This document shows positions 9,222-19,323 of a stretch of 64,000 nucleotides of DNA, in pieces (position 1 is the stretch's first letter; each line of letters starts with the position of its first letter). The notes beneath the pieces are model-generated. The model did no database searches, was not told where the DNA came from, and saw nothing but the letters and a program-made list of their open reading frames with translations. Origin of the DNA: Trueperaceae bacterium. GTDB lineage: Bacteria; Deinococcota; Deinococci; Deinococcales; Trueperaceae. Location of the stretch: the NCBI GenBank assembly GCA_034520945.1, contig JAXHNB010000006.1, forward strand, positions 128,001 to 192,000, written 5' to 3'. The position numbers and the translations under genes were made by a program.

Positions 9222-9455
9222 ATGGAGCGTTGGACGATCAAGGTGAGCGAAGAGACCGACCGGAGCTTACGCACCTACCTTGCGCAACACGGCGCGAAGA
9301 AAGGTAGCCTCTCGCGCTTCGTCGAGGACGCTGTCCAGGAACAGCTTTACAAGCTGACGGTCGAGGAGGTCCAAGCCCGCAACGCAGGCGTTCCCGATGA
9401 TGAACTCGAAATGCTCATCGAGGATGCCGTGAAGTGGGCTCGAACGGGCGGCTAG
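9222..9455 (+). CDS. Ribbon-helix-helix antitoxin
   Basis: MERWTIKVSEETDRSLRTYLAQHGAKKGSLSRFVEDAV shows an RHH pattern. TATACT (9210-9215) lies 6 nt before ATG; the gene ends 3 nt before the PIN gene. Confidence 0.85.
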   Translation: MERWTIKVSEETDRSLRTYLAQHGAKKGSLSRFVEDAVQEQLYKLTVEEVQARNAGVPDDELEMLIEDAVKWARTGG

Positions 9456-9458
9456 GCC

Positions 9459-9869
9459 GTGCGCGTCGTTCTCGACACCAACGTGATCGTCTCCGGATTG
9501 ATGCGAAAGAACACGCCCGCGGACCTTGTCAGGCAAGCCTGGGAGGCGCACCGCTTCACCCTCGTCTCCTCGGAATGGCAGCTCGAGGAACTCCGGCGCG
9601 TCAGTCGTTACCCGCGATTGCAGCGCTACCTCCGGCCGCACGAAGTTGGGAGCCTGGTCCGTCAGATTCGACGTGCTGCGATCGTGCTGGAGTTTCTTCC
9701 TGTCATCGAGGCTTCGCCCGATCCCGACGACGACCCCATCCTCGCGACCGCCCTCGCGGGAGAGGCGGCGTGGCTCGTCACAGGCGACAAGGGAGACCTT
9801 CTGACGCTGAGGAAAGCGCATGGCGTTCGCATGGTGACGGCGCGAGCGTTCCTCGAGATCTTGGATTGA
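9459..9869 (+). CDS. PIN-domain toxin (PIN_3-type)
   Basis: VVLDTNVIVS, EEL, PDPDDDPILATA and LVTGDKGDLL acidic active-site motifs are intact. Confidence 0.92.
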   Translation: MRVVLDTNVIVSGLMRKNTPADLVRQAWEAHRFTLVSSEWQLEELRRVSRYPRLQRYLRPHEVGSLVRQIRRAAIVLEFLPVIEASPDPDDDPILATALAGEAAWLVTGDKGDLLTLRKAHGVRMVTARAFLEILD

Positions 9870-10031
9870 TCCTCGGATTCGCTCCATCCCCGTGAGGAGC
9901 GTAACGGTCGAGCCCTGAAGGATCCTTCATGGCGAGGTGCCCGGGTCGTCGACATCCTCGAAGGCTGGCGCTAGAGCCGCTCGCCGCGCCCCTCGATGTC
10001 GTGCACGCGCCCTGCCGCTATCATGCCCGCC

Positions 10032-10973
10032 ATGAACGTGATCTGGATCCTCGCCGGGATCGTGCTGCTCTACGGCGGCGGGCAGCTCCTCGTGAACGGC
10101 GCCAGCGCCCTGGCGCGGGCGTGGGGGCTGGGGCCGATGGTGATCGGACTCACGGTGGTGGCGTTCGGGACGTCGGCGCCGGAGCTGGCCGCCAGCCTGG
10201 CTGCGGCGCTGGACGGCGCCCCCGAGATCGCCGCCGGCAACGTGGTCGGCTCCAACATCGCCAATATCGCCTTGATCCTCGGCGTCACCGCCTTGGTGCG
10301 TCCCCTGCATAGCGAGGCGCGGTTTCTGCGGCGCGAGATGCCGATCATGGTGGGCGCCGCCCTTTTGCTGGCCCTCCTGTTCGCGGACGGACGCCTGGGC
10401 CGTGTGGACGGGGCGGTGTTCCTGGTCGCGCTGGCGGCCTATCTGATCGTCTTGTTCCGGGGCGAGGAGCTGCCCACCACGCACGAATCGTTTGCGCGGG
10501 GGCTCCCCGCGCCCCCGCGGCCCGGTTCCCTCGCGGCTCCCCTCGTGAGGACGCTGGCGGGTCTGGCCCTGTTGGTGCTGGGGGCGCAGGCGTTGGTCGC
10601 CGGCGCCACCGCCCTCGCTCGCATGGCGGGCGTGCCCGAACTTTTGATTGGCCTCAGCGTGGTGGCGGTCGGCACGAGCCTGCCGGAACTGGCGGCGTCG
10701 GTGGTGGCGGCGTCGAAGCGGGCGCCAGAGATCGCGCTGGGCAACGTGGTGGGATCCAACGTGTTCAACGTGCTGGGGATCCTCGGGGTGACGGCGGCGA
10801 TCCGGCCCATCGAGGTGCCGCTCGAAGCTCTGGCCCCCGACCTGGCCGTGATGATGGCTTTCAGCGTGGTGCTGTGGGTCTTCCTGGCGACCGGCCTGCG
10901 TCTCGGTCGGCGGGAAGCGGGCCTGCTGCTGGCGCTGTACGCGGCGTTCATGGCGTACCGCTTCCTGGGGTGA
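10032..10973 (+). CDS. Calcium/sodium antiporter (YrbG/CaCA family)
   Basis: Two alpha repeats, GTSAPEL...GNVVGSNIAN and GTSLPEL...GNVVGSNVFN; TATCAT 7 nt before ATG. Confidence 0.93.
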   Translation: MNVIWILAGIVLLYGGGQLLVNGASALARAWGLGPMVIGLTVVAFGTSAPELAASLAAALDGAPEIAAGNVVGSNIANIALILGVTALVRPLHSEARFLRREMPIMVGAALLLALLFADGRLGRVDGAVFLVALAAYLIVLFRGEELPTTHESFARGLPAPPRPGSLAAPLVRTLAGLALLVLGAQALVAGATALARMAGVPELLIGLSVVAVGTSLPELAASVVAASKRAPEIALGNVVGSNVFNVLGILGVTAAIRPIEVPLEALAPDLAVMMAFSVVLWVFLATGLRLGRREAGLLLALYAAFMAYRFLG

Positions 10974-10991
10974 CATCGCGGGCGGTCGCGC

Positions 10992-11819
10992 TCAGCGGTC
11001 CTGGCCGGGCAGACGGCCGGCCAGCGCCGCCAGGTAGCGATCGCGTCCCCGCGTCACGGTCTGCTGGGCGCCGGTGGGGATGCAGCGCTCCCACCAGCCG
11101 CCGTAGATCCGATCGAACGGAACTTCCAGCACCGCCTTTGTGATGGAGATGACGGTGTCGGCGGGAAGCGGCAGGTGGTTCGGGTAGGAGTACATGAACG
11201 ACACCACCTCACGGTCGGGCACCACCTGCAGCGAGTCGCCCGTCAGCAGCGCACCCTTGCCGTCCGCACCCTGCGGCCAGTGCAGCACCGTCGAACCGGG
11301 GAAGTGGCCGCCGGTGCGGATCAGCGTCAGTCCTCCGAACAGCGTCAGGCGTTCGCCGGACCCATGGCGCAGCTCGGGGCCGGGGTCCATCACCCAGTCG
11401 CGGTCGGCCTGGTGCAGGTGGACCGGCACGTCGAACGCGCGCGCCCACGCCCGCATCGAGGCGTAGAAGTGCGGGTGGCTGATGGCGATGCCGCGCAAGC
11501 CGCCCAGTTCGTGGACCCAGGAGATCGTGCGCTCGTCCAGCAGGCTGATGCAGTCCCACAGGAGGTTGCCCTCCGGGGTGCGCACCAGCAGCGCGCGCTG
11601 CCCGATCGCGAAGCGCGGCTCGGTGCCGATGCCGTACAGATCGGCTTCGTGACGCTGGACCCGATTCGCGTGCGTCGACGCCAGTTCCGCCGGCTCCAAC
11701 CAGCGCTGGCCCTCCGGCGGCACGAACTGGCGCACGTCCTCGCACACCGGGCAGCCCCGGGGCGGGCGGCGCGTCTCGGGAAAGCGGGTGCCGCAGGTGG
11801 CGCACACGTAGCTCGGCAC
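10992..11819 (-). CDS. MBL-fold metallo-hydrolase with N-terminal CxxC...CxxC
   Basis: CATCG...CPVCEDVRQ, ISHPHFY, GGHFPG and SFMYSYPN motifs. Confidence 0.85.
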   Translation of the reverse strand: MPSYVCATCGTRFPETRRPPRGCPVCEDVRQFVPPEGQRWLEPAELASTHANRVQRHEADLYGIGTEPRFAIGQRALLVRTPEGNLLWDCISLLDERTISWVHELGGLRGIAISHPHFYASMRAWARAFDVPVHLHQADRDWVMDPGPELRHGSGERLTLFGGLTLIRTGGHFPGSTVLHWPQGADGKGALLTGDSLQVVPDREVVSFMYSYPNHLPLPADTVISITKAVLEVPFDRIYGGWWERCIPTGAQQTVTRGRDRYLAALAGRLPGQDR

Positions 11820-11828
11820 CTGGACCCC

Positions 11829-12278
11829 CTACCCGTCGAACCCCAGCGCGACGTAGCGCCCCCAGCACCGTCCGACGTCGCGGCCGGCACTGCGAAGCTC
11901 GCACCCCACGTCCAGGCGCGCCCGCCGGCGCCGGTTCAGCGTGCGGCGGAACGTGCCCCACGCCGCCGCGCCGGGCGCGGGCGCCCAGGCCGTGAGGCGA
12001 TCACGGGCGGGGGCCGTGAAGTCGACCTCGTGACGTTGGATGACGAGGTGCGCATCGACGTCGTCGCGTCGTAGCCCCACGTAGACCACCACCCATCCGG
12101 CCAGCACGCCGAGGACCGACAGGCTGCCCCCGAAGGCGGTCCCCCGGTGGTTCAGGTTGGGCGCCAGCGGCGCTTCCAGGCACGCCCCGTCCGCGTCGAT
12201 GCGCTTCACGCAGGCGCCCACGGCGCGGGCGAGGGGAATGCGGTCGTGGAGGTAGCGTTCGACGTCACGGGGATCCAT
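11829..12278 (-). CDS. Hot-dog fold thioesterase-like protein (YiiD C-terminal domain)
   Basis: APLAPNLNHRGTAFGGSL motif; TAGGCT 7 nt before ATG. Confidence 0.85.
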   Translation of the reverse strand: MDPRDVERYLHDRIPLARAVGACVKRIDADGACLEAPLAPNLNHRGTAFGGSLSVLGVLAGWVVVYVGLRRDDVDAHLVIQRHEVDFTAPARDRLTAWAPAPGAAAWGTFRRTLNRRRRARLDVGCELRSAGRDVGRCWGRYVALGFDG

Positions 12279-12357
12279 CCGCCCCAGCCTACGTCAACGT
12301 GTCCCCATCCGCGCCGCCCGCCGTGCCGGTGCGCACGCACCGGGCTCGCAGCGTCGC

Positions 12358-14350
12358 TCACGCCCCGCGATCGTGGCGGTCGTCCAGGGCGTCTCCGATC
12401 GCGGACGAGGCGACGCCCCCGCCGCCCCTCGCCTTGACCCGGTACAACGCCCGGTCGGCGCGCGCGAGCAGCTCGTCCGGCTCCTGTCCGTCGCGAGGAA
12501 TCACGACCGTGCCGACGCTGGCGTGCACCGTGATCGTCTCGCCGTACAGCACGTGAGGTCGTGCCAACGACGCCACCAGCTTCTCGGCGACCGCCACCAC
12601 GTCCTCCTCGTGCTCCAGGCGGGCCAGAAGCACGGCGAACTCGTCCCCGCCCAGCCGCGCCACCACGTCCTCCGCGCGGACCTCCGCTTCCAGCCGCCGG
12701 GCCGTCATGCGCAGCACGGCGTCGCCCGCGGCGTGACCGAGCGTGTCGTTCACGCGTTTGAAGCCGTCCAGGTCCAGGAAGATCAGGCCGGCCAGGAACT
12801 CGTGGCGCATCGTCATCGAGGCCACGCGTTCCAACTGCTCGAAGAACAGGGCCCGGTTGCCGAGGTCGGTCAGGGGGTCGTGGCGGGACAGGTGCTCGAA
12901 GCGGGCGCGCTCGGCGCGCAGGCGCGCCTCGAGTTCGAAGCGCTGCAGGGCGATCGCGGCCTGCGCTGCCATCCCCTCGGCCGCTCTGGTGGCCTCCGCG
13001 CCGAAGGCGTCGGCCCGTTCGAAGTTGTCCAGGGTGAGCGTCCCTTGCAGGTGGCCGCCGTGACGAATCGGCACCACCAGGCTGATGGCGATCCGTTCGA
13101 CCTGCCCGGAGTTCCGGAGCTGCTCGAAGCGTTCGGCGCCCAGCTCCTGATTGGTTTCCGCGAACCGGACCCGCTGCGCCGTCCACGCATCCTGCAGCCC
13201 GAGTTCGTCCTCACCGAACGACACCGGCCGGAGCGCGTCCAGGTCGAAGTCACGGGAGGCGACGTAGCGATAACGGCCGTCCTCGTCGCGCAGCAGCAGG
13301 CTGCCCGCCTGGGCGTCCACGATGAGGGCGATGGCCTCGTCGACCAGCCGCTGATAGAACGTCTCGTCGAGGTCGTCCGAAATCACGGCGTTCGTGAACC
13401 GCAGCAGGGCGCGCAGGTTCGCCTCGGAGCGTTCCAGCGCCCGTCGTGTCTGGTGCTGCTCGGTGACGTCGACCGCGTAGCCGTGCCAGAGCACCGATCC
13501 GTCCGAGCGTCGTTCGGGGTGCGCGCGGCCCCAGAACCAGCGCGCGGTCCCGTCGATCGAGCGGACGCGAAACTCGTCCGACCAGGTGGTCCCGAACAGG
13601 CTGGCGCGCCGGAGCGAGGACGTGATGCGCGGGCGGTCGCTCGGGTGCACCACCTCGAGCGGGTCGGCGTGCTCCTGCAGCATGCGTTCGCGATCCACCG
13701 CAGCGATCCACGCATCGCCGCCCCCGATCCAGGTCGTGTACGCCGAGCCGTCGGCCCGTTGGACGTACTGGTAGAAAATGCCTGGCAGTTGGGTGGTGAG
13801 CGACCGCAGTCGCGTGGCGGCCTCCTGCCGCTCGCGCGCGGCCGACACCAGATCGGCGGTGGCGCGCAACAGGGCCACTTGGGCGTCGTCGAAGTGGCGC
13901 GCCCGGTCGACCATGTCGAAACCGAGCAGGCCGACGCAGTGGCCGTCCAGCATGAACGGCACGGCCAACAACGACCGGATGTCCTGCGCTTCGAGAAAGG
14001 CGCGGAAGTCGGCCTGCGACGGAGGGAGGTCGGCGACCGAGGGGATCTGCACGGCGTCGCCCCGGGCCAGCGAGGGGCGCAACGGCCCGATCGTCGCCAT
14101 TGGGATCGCCTGCAGGGAATCGATGACGGGTCGGATGCCCTCCGCCGTCCACTCGTGCGTGTTGGTCAGCACGTCGCCACTGAACTCGATCACGTACACG
14201 CGGGCGACGCCCGTGTCGCGCCCCAATTCGGCCAGCGCGTCGTCGATGGCGCTGCCGACGGCCTCGTCCTCGGCGCGGGTCAGGCGTGCCGACAGGCGAA
14301 GGAACGTCTCGAAGAGCGATCGATCCGCTTCGGCGTCGACGGCGGTTCAC
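12358..14350 (-). CDS. GAF-PAS-GAF diguanylate cyclase (apparent +1 frameshift just after the start codon)
   Basis: HDPLTDLGNR, FLDLDGFKRVNDTLGHAAGD, RAED I-site and RLGGDEF motifs. The coding frame extends to about 14346, but the SD-preceded GTG at 14350 is 1 nt out of frame. Confidence 0.85.
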
Positions 14351-14482
14351 GCTCCCCTCGGGCGAGCAGCGGGGCGTACGGACGCACCTCGCTGCGGACG
14401 TACGGCCACGACGATTCGGGCCAGCATAGCAGGCTGGTGAGCGGGTGCGACGTGCAGTAGTCTCGGGACGGGAGGCGACGGC

Positions 14483-15241
14483 ATGAAGGTGCAGGGGCGA
14501 CGGGTGTTGATCACGGGCGGCTCACGTGGGATCGGTCGCGCCACCGCGCACGCCTTCGCGGCGCGCGGCGCGCGGGTGGCGATCGGCTACCGGCAGGACG
14601 ATGCGGCCGCACGCGCCACGCAGGAGGCGCTGGCAGGCGGGCCGCACGCCAGGCTGCGGGCGGACGTGTCGCGCCCCGTCGAGGCGGCGCACCTGGTGGA
14701 TGAGGCCGTCCAGGTACTCGGAGGGCTGGACGTGGTGGTCCTCAACGCGGGCGTGGGCGGACGCCACCGGATCGACGAGGACGACTACGACGCCTGGCAG
14801 GCGGCATGGTCGCGAATCCTGGCGGTCAATCTGATCGGTGCGGCCAACCTGGCATACGCCGCGGGCCGCCACATGATCGAGCACGGCGGGGGCCGCATGG
14901 TGTTCGTGTCCTCGCGCGGCGCCTTCCGCGGCGAACCGGACCAGCCGGCCTACGGGGCCAGCAAGGCGGGCCTCAACGCGCTGGCGCAGTCGCTGGCGCA
15001 GCAGCTCGGCCCCTACGGGGTGTACGTCGGCGCCGTGGCGCCAGGGTTCGTCGACACCGACATGGCGGCGGAGCGGTTGAGGGGCCCGGGCGGCGACGAG
15101 CTTCGGGCGCAAAGCCCGCTCAACCGCGTGGCGCGGCCCGAGGAGGTGGCGCACGCCATCGTGTTCCTCGCGTCGGAGGGGGCCGAGTTCGCCACCGGTA
15201 CGATCCTCGACGTGAACGGCGCGTCGTACCTGCGGAGTTGA
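14483..15241 (+). CDS. SDR family oxidoreductase (FabG-like)
   Basis: TGGSRGIG, NAG, YGASK and VAPGFVDTDM motifs. Confidence 0.92.
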   Translation: MKVQGRRVLITGGSRGIGRATAHAFAARGARVAIGYRQDDAAARATQEALAGGPHARLRADVSRPVEAAHLVDEAVQVLGGLDVVVLNAGVGGRHRIDEDDYDAWQAAWSRILAVNLIGAANLAYAAGRHMIEHGGGRMVFVSSRGAFRGEPDQPAYGASKAGLNALAQSLAQQLGPYGVYVGAVAPGFVDTDMAAERLRGPGGDELRAQSPLNRVARPEEVAHAIVFLASEGAEFATGTILDVNGASYLRS

Positions 15242-15272
15242 GCGTCGCGGGGCCCCTCGCGGGCCAAAGGGG

Positions 15273-16418
15273 TCACGCCTCGCCGGCCTCGATCATCGCC
15301 AGGAACGCGGACACGACCTCCGGATCGAACAGGCGGCCCGATTCTCGTTCCAGGTGGGCCCGTGCTGCATCGCGCGACCAGGCGGGCCGGTAGGGCCGGT
15401 CGCTGAGGAGGGCGTCCCACACGTCCACCACCGCGAAGATGCGCGCCGCATGCGGGATGGCGTCGCCCGCCAGTCCGTGCGGATACCCGCTGCCGTCCCA
15501 GCGCTCGTGATGGTGCGTCGGCACCTCCGTGGCGGGCGCCAGGAACGAAATCGGGGCCAGCAGCTCCCCGGCCACGTTCGGGTGCCGGCGCATCATCGCC
15601 CACTCCTCGTCGTTCAGCGCGCCGGGCTTGTTCAGGATCGCGTCCGGGATGCCGATCTTGCCGATGTCGTGCAGCAGGGCGCCCCACCGCAGGTACATCA
15701 GGGGCTCCTCGCCCAGGCCCAAGCGGCGCCCGAGGGCCTCCGCCAGGTCGGTGACGCGCAAGGCGTGACCGGCCGTCTCGTGGTCCCGCAGGTCCAACGC
15801 ACGCGCCCAACCGACCAACGTCTCCTCGTAGGCCTCGGTCCGGTCGGTCAGGTCGACCATCGAGGTGACCAGCCGTTCGCGCCCGTCCATCACCATGTGC
15901 TCGGCCGACCACAGCATCGAGCGGAGACGTCCGTCGCGGTGGCGGAACAGATCCACGTGATCCAGCAGTCGACCCGACGCCCGAAGGCGCAATATCAGCT
16001 CGTCCCGCCGAGTCGGGTCGGCCCAGAACTCCACCTCGTCGGGGGGCCGGCCGATCACCTCGTGCCGGGCGTAGCCGAACATGGCGAGGAAACGATCGTT
16101 GGCGTCCTCGTAGCGGCGACGCTCCATGTCCGTGATCAGGATGCCGGCGGGACTGGCGCGAAAGATCGCCTCGAACCGGTGTGCCGCCTGCTGTTCGGCC
16201 CGCTGGGCCGCCTGCCAGCGATTCTGCTCGCGCCGGATCAACGCGTAGATCAGCGCGGCGCTGGCCCCCACGAACGCCAGGCCCTTCGCCGTCTGCACGC
16301 CGGTCAGCTGCGCGGCGTCCCCCAGCAGGGCCAACGCCACCCAGTCGCTCGCCAAAATCCACACGGCCGCGATCCCGGCGTAGATCAGCGCGATGCGTGC
16401 AGCACCGAACCTAAGCAT
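15273..16418 (-). CDS. Membrane-anchored PAS / HD-GYP phosphodiesterase
   Basis: Two N-terminal TM segments, a PAS domain, LHDIGK and HHERWDGSGYP motifs; GGAGG SD before ATG 16418. Confidence 0.9.
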   Translation of the reverse strand: MLRFGAARIALIYAGIAAVWILASDWVALALLGDAAQLTGVQTAKGLAFVGASAALIYALIRREQNRWQAAQRAEQQAAHRFEAIFRASPAGILITDMERRRYEDANDRFLAMFGYARHEVIGRPPDEVEFWADPTRRDELILRLRASGRLLDHVDLFRHRDGRLRSMLWSAEHMVMDGRERLVTSMVDLTDRTEAYEETLVGWARALDLRDHETAGHALRVTDLAEALGRRLGLGEEPLMYLRWGALLHDIGKIGIPDAILNKPGALNDEEWAMMRRHPNVAGELLAPISFLAPATEVPTHHHERWDGSGYPHGLAGDAIPHAARIFAVVDVWDALLSDRPYRPAWSRDAARAHLERESGRLFDPEVVSAFLAMIEAGEA

Positions 16419-16485
16419 TTCGCCCCCTCCGGCGGCGAGCCTAGCAGCCGACCCTCCGCGCGGCACGGGCATTTCGTACCCGCGC

Positions 16486-17721
16486 TCAGGTCCGGAAGAT
16501 CACGCCCTCCCGCTGAAAGTTCCGGAGGGCCAACCCCAGCAGCACCACCACGACGAAGACCATCGTCCCCCAGGCGGCCAGCACGTCGCCGGCGCGGACG
16601 GCGCCGCCCAACACGTCGTCCATCAACACCATCACGTTCACCACCGGCACCAGGTAGACGCCCGTCCCGAGGTCCAGGAGATCCTTGAACTGCAGCGCCA
16701 GCGCCGGCACGATCATCACGAACGACAGGGGCGCCACGTAGCTCTGCGCCTCCTTGAACGACCGCGCGAACATCGCCACCGCCATCAACAACGCCGCCAC
16801 CGCGGCGGCCAGCAGCAACGCGCTGCCGAGCAGGACCCAGAACCCCTCGGCGCTCAGGTTCACGGCGCCGCCCATGACGGCCGCCATCTCGGTCGCCTCC
16901 TCGCCCAGGCGGGGGAGGAACACGCCCCGCAACAGCGCCCCGCCCAGCACGACCCCCAGGATGGCCATGAAGGCGGCGGACAGGCCGGTGGCGAGCGTGG
17001 CGAGGAATTTGCCGGCCACGATCTCGGAGCGGCGGACCGGCGCGACCAGCAGCGCCTCCAGGGTGCCGCGCTCCTTCTCGCCCGCGGTGGCGTCGATCGC
17101 GACCATCTGTCCCCCCGCCAGCGCCCACACCGCGATGAAGAACGGCACCAGAAACGCCAGCTGGCCGCTGCTGCGCTCCGCGGGACGGCTGGCGTCCCGC
17201 GTGTCCAGCGCGAACGGTTCCAGCACCGAACGGTCCAGGCCCACCTCGGCCAAGCGCTCGGCCACGATGCCCTCGCGGTAGCTCTGCACCGCCCGTTCGA
17301 CCTTGCCGGCCGCCAGCTCGCTCTGCAGGTTGCCCGCCTTGCGAACGATGCGAATCCGTGGCGTCCGGCCTGCACGAAGCGCAGCCGCGACGTTCTCGGG
17401 CAGCACCAGGGCGGCCGCGACCTCGTCATCGCGGACCTGCCGCAGCGCGTCGTCGGTGGGCTCCAACTCGGTCCGTTCGGCGGCGAGCGCGTCGCGAAGC
17501 GCGTCCGGCAGGTTCGCGGCCCCCTCGATCCCGACGGCGGTCGTGGCCTCCTGCTCGCGTTCGAACAGGCCGCCCATCGCCAGCGGCAGCCCCAGCATCA
17601 GCACCGGCAGCAGCAGCAACGGGATCAGCAGGTTGCTGACGATCGCCCGCCGGTCCCGGATGGTGGAGAGCAGCTCCTTGCGGGCGACCCACCACACCAG
17701 CCTGCCGCGCAGGCCGTTCAC
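16486..17721 (-). CDS. ABC-2 permease (NatB-like)
   Basis: RKELLSTIRDRR, AGEKERGTLEALLVAP and FARSFKEAQSY motifs; GTGA overlap with the ATPase gene. Confidence 0.88.
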   Translation of the reverse strand: MNGLRGRLVWWVARKELLSTIRDRRAIVSNLLIPLLLLPVLMLGLPLAMGGLFEREQEATTAVGIEGAANLPDALRDALAAERTELEPTDDALRQVRDDEVAAALVLPENVAAALRAGRTPRIRIVRKAGNLQSELAAGKVERAVQSYREGIVAERLAEVGLDRSVLEPFALDTRDASRPAERSSGQLAFLVPFFIAVWALAGGQMVAIDATAGEKERGTLEALLVAPVRRSEIVAGKFLATLATGLSAAFMAILGVVLGGALLRGVFLPRLGEEATEMAAVMGGAVNLSAEGFWVLLGSALLLAAAVAALLMAVAMFARSFKEAQSYVAPLSFVMIVPALALQFKDLLDLGTGVYLVPVVNVMVLMDDVLGGAVRAGDVLAAWGTMVFVVVVLLGLALRNFQREGVIFRT

Positions 17722-18461
17722 GCCGGCGCCTCGGCGACGCCGGCGCGCTGGACCAACCGGAAGAACGCCCGCTCCAGGTCGGGCGCGTCGTCGGCCCGCG
17801 CGCGCAGCTCCGCCACGGTTCCCTCGTCGATCCAACGACCGCGGTACAGCACGCCGACGCGGTCGCACAACTCCTCCACCTCGCTCATCACGTGCGTGGA
17901 CCACACCACCGCGCGCCCCTCGCCCGGATAGCCGCGCGCGAAGTCCAGCACCGCCCGCCGCGCCAGCACGTCCAGGCCGCTGGTCGCCTCGTCGAAGAAC
18001 AGGACCGGCGGGTCGTGTAGCACCGCGCGGGCGATGACGATCTTCTGCTTCATCCCGCTCGAGAAATCGCCGCAGCGCCGGTCCAGCGTGTGTTGCAGAT
18101 CGAGCACGGCGTCCAGACGCTCGATGCCGGCCTCCACCTCGTTGCGGCGCATCCCGTACAACGCCCCGAACCAGTGCAGCGTCTCCCGGCCCGTCAGGCG
18201 GTCGTACAGGCCCATCCCGCCGTTCACGACGCCGATACGGCGGCGCACCTCCTCCGGCGCGCGGGCCACGTCGTACCCCGCCACCGTGGCGGTGCCCACG
18301 TCGGCTCGCACCAGGGTCGCCAGCACGCGGAGGGTCGTCGTCTTGCCGGCCCCGTTCGGGCCCAACAGCGCGAAGATCTCGCCCGCGTCGACCGCGAACC
18401 CGACGTCCTCCATGGCGACGACGTCTCCGAAACGCTTGCCGAGACCGTCACAGTCGACCAT
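17718..18461 (-). CDS. ABC transporter ATP-binding protein (NatA-like)
   Basis: GPNGAGKTT, FSSGMKQK and FDEATSGLD motifs; TATGGT 6 nt before ATG. Confidence 0.92.
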   Translation of the reverse strand: MVDCDGLGKRFGDVVAMEDVGFAVDAGEIFALLGPNGAGKTTTLRVLATLVRADVGTATVAGYDVARAPEEVRRRIGVVNGGMGLYDRLTGRETLHWFGALYGMRRNEVEAGIERLDAVLDLQHTLDRRCGDFSSGMKQKIVIARAVLHDPPVLFFDEATSGLDVLARRAVLDFARGYPGEGRAVVWSTHVMSEVEELCDRVGVLYRGRWIDEGTVAELRARADDAPDLERAFFRLVQRAGVAEAPA

Positions 18462-18540
18462 GCCCGGACCATACCCTCACGGTGGCGGCAACGATCGTGA
18501 GCGAAGTCCCGCGCCCGGACGGCGCGGTAGCATGCCCACG

Positions 18541-19323
18541 ATGCACCGCGACCTGGTCGCCCTGGACGCCCACCCGCTGCTGCCGCGGCTGTTGCACACC
18601 GTCGAGCACCCCGACGCAACCTGCCGGGTGCTGGACCGCGAGCTGCCGGCGCCGTTGGTGCCGCGCGCCGAACCGTGGCGCGACGCCCCGCCGCCCTGGC
18701 CGCTGGTGCGGCTGGAGGCATCGGACTGGCTGGCGCGCGCCGATGGCACGGGCGAGTGGGCCGTGGTGGCCCGCCTCCCCACCGGGCGGATGGCGGACCT
18801 GGTGTCGCAGGCCCGCCGGCTCGGCGACCGCGCGCCCGCCGGCGTGATTCTCGACCTGTCGCCCCTGGCCGACGCCACGCCGTTCGGGGAGACGGTGTGG
18901 CGTCCGCGCGGACGCGAGGAGCTGGCCGAGCTACGCGCCGCCGCCGGCAGGCCGCTGTGGGTGGACGGGATCACCAGCCCCGCCGACGCGGAGGCCGCGG
19001 CGGAGGCCGGCGTCGACGGGGTGGTGATCCGCTCCGAGGCCGGCCGGAACCTGGACGGACCGGCCGTCGCCGAGGTGTTGCCCGAGGTTCTGGACACGGT
19101 CGCCGGGATGGTGGGCGTGTACGTCGGGGGGCCGGTGCGCAGCGGCATCGACGTGTTCCGCTACCTGGCGCTGGGCGCCGAGGGGGTCCTTCCCGACGCC
19201 AGCACCGACGTGAGCCGGTTGGCGGCCGAACTGGACTACGCCATGCGGATGACGGGGTGCGCCACGCTGGAGGAGATCGGCTACGAGGCGTTGTTCGCGC
19301 CGCTGTGGGAGGAAAGCTCGTGA
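18541..19323 (+). CDS. Degenerate FMN-dependent alpha-hydroxy-acid oxidase homologue
   Basis: LLPRLL, PLWVDGITSPADA...AGVDGVVIRSEAGRNLDG, VRSGIDVFRYLALGA and ELDYAMRMTGC follow the family pattern, but catalytic residues are replaced. TAGCAT lies 7 nt before ATG. Confidence 0.75.
   Translation: MHRDLVALDAHPLLPRLLHTVEHPDATCRVLDRELPAPLVPRAEPWRDAPPPWPLVRLEASDWLARADGTGEWAVVARLPTGRMADLVSQARRLGDRAPAGVILDLSPLADATPFGETVWRPRGREELAELRAAAGRPLWVDGITSPADAEAAAEAGVDGVVIRSEAGRNLDGPAVAEVLPEVLDTVAGMVGVYVGGPVRSGIDVFRYLALGAEGVLPDASTDVSRLAAELDYAMRMTGCATLEEIGYEALFAPLWEESS

Larger units (their letters stand above)
6283..9930. other. Accessory insert carrying three toxin-antitoxin modules
   Basis: Visibly more A/T-rich codon usage than the flanks. 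It contains only TA genes and a gene remnant. No integrase, transposase or att repeat was seen; boundaries are approximate. Confidence 0.7.
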
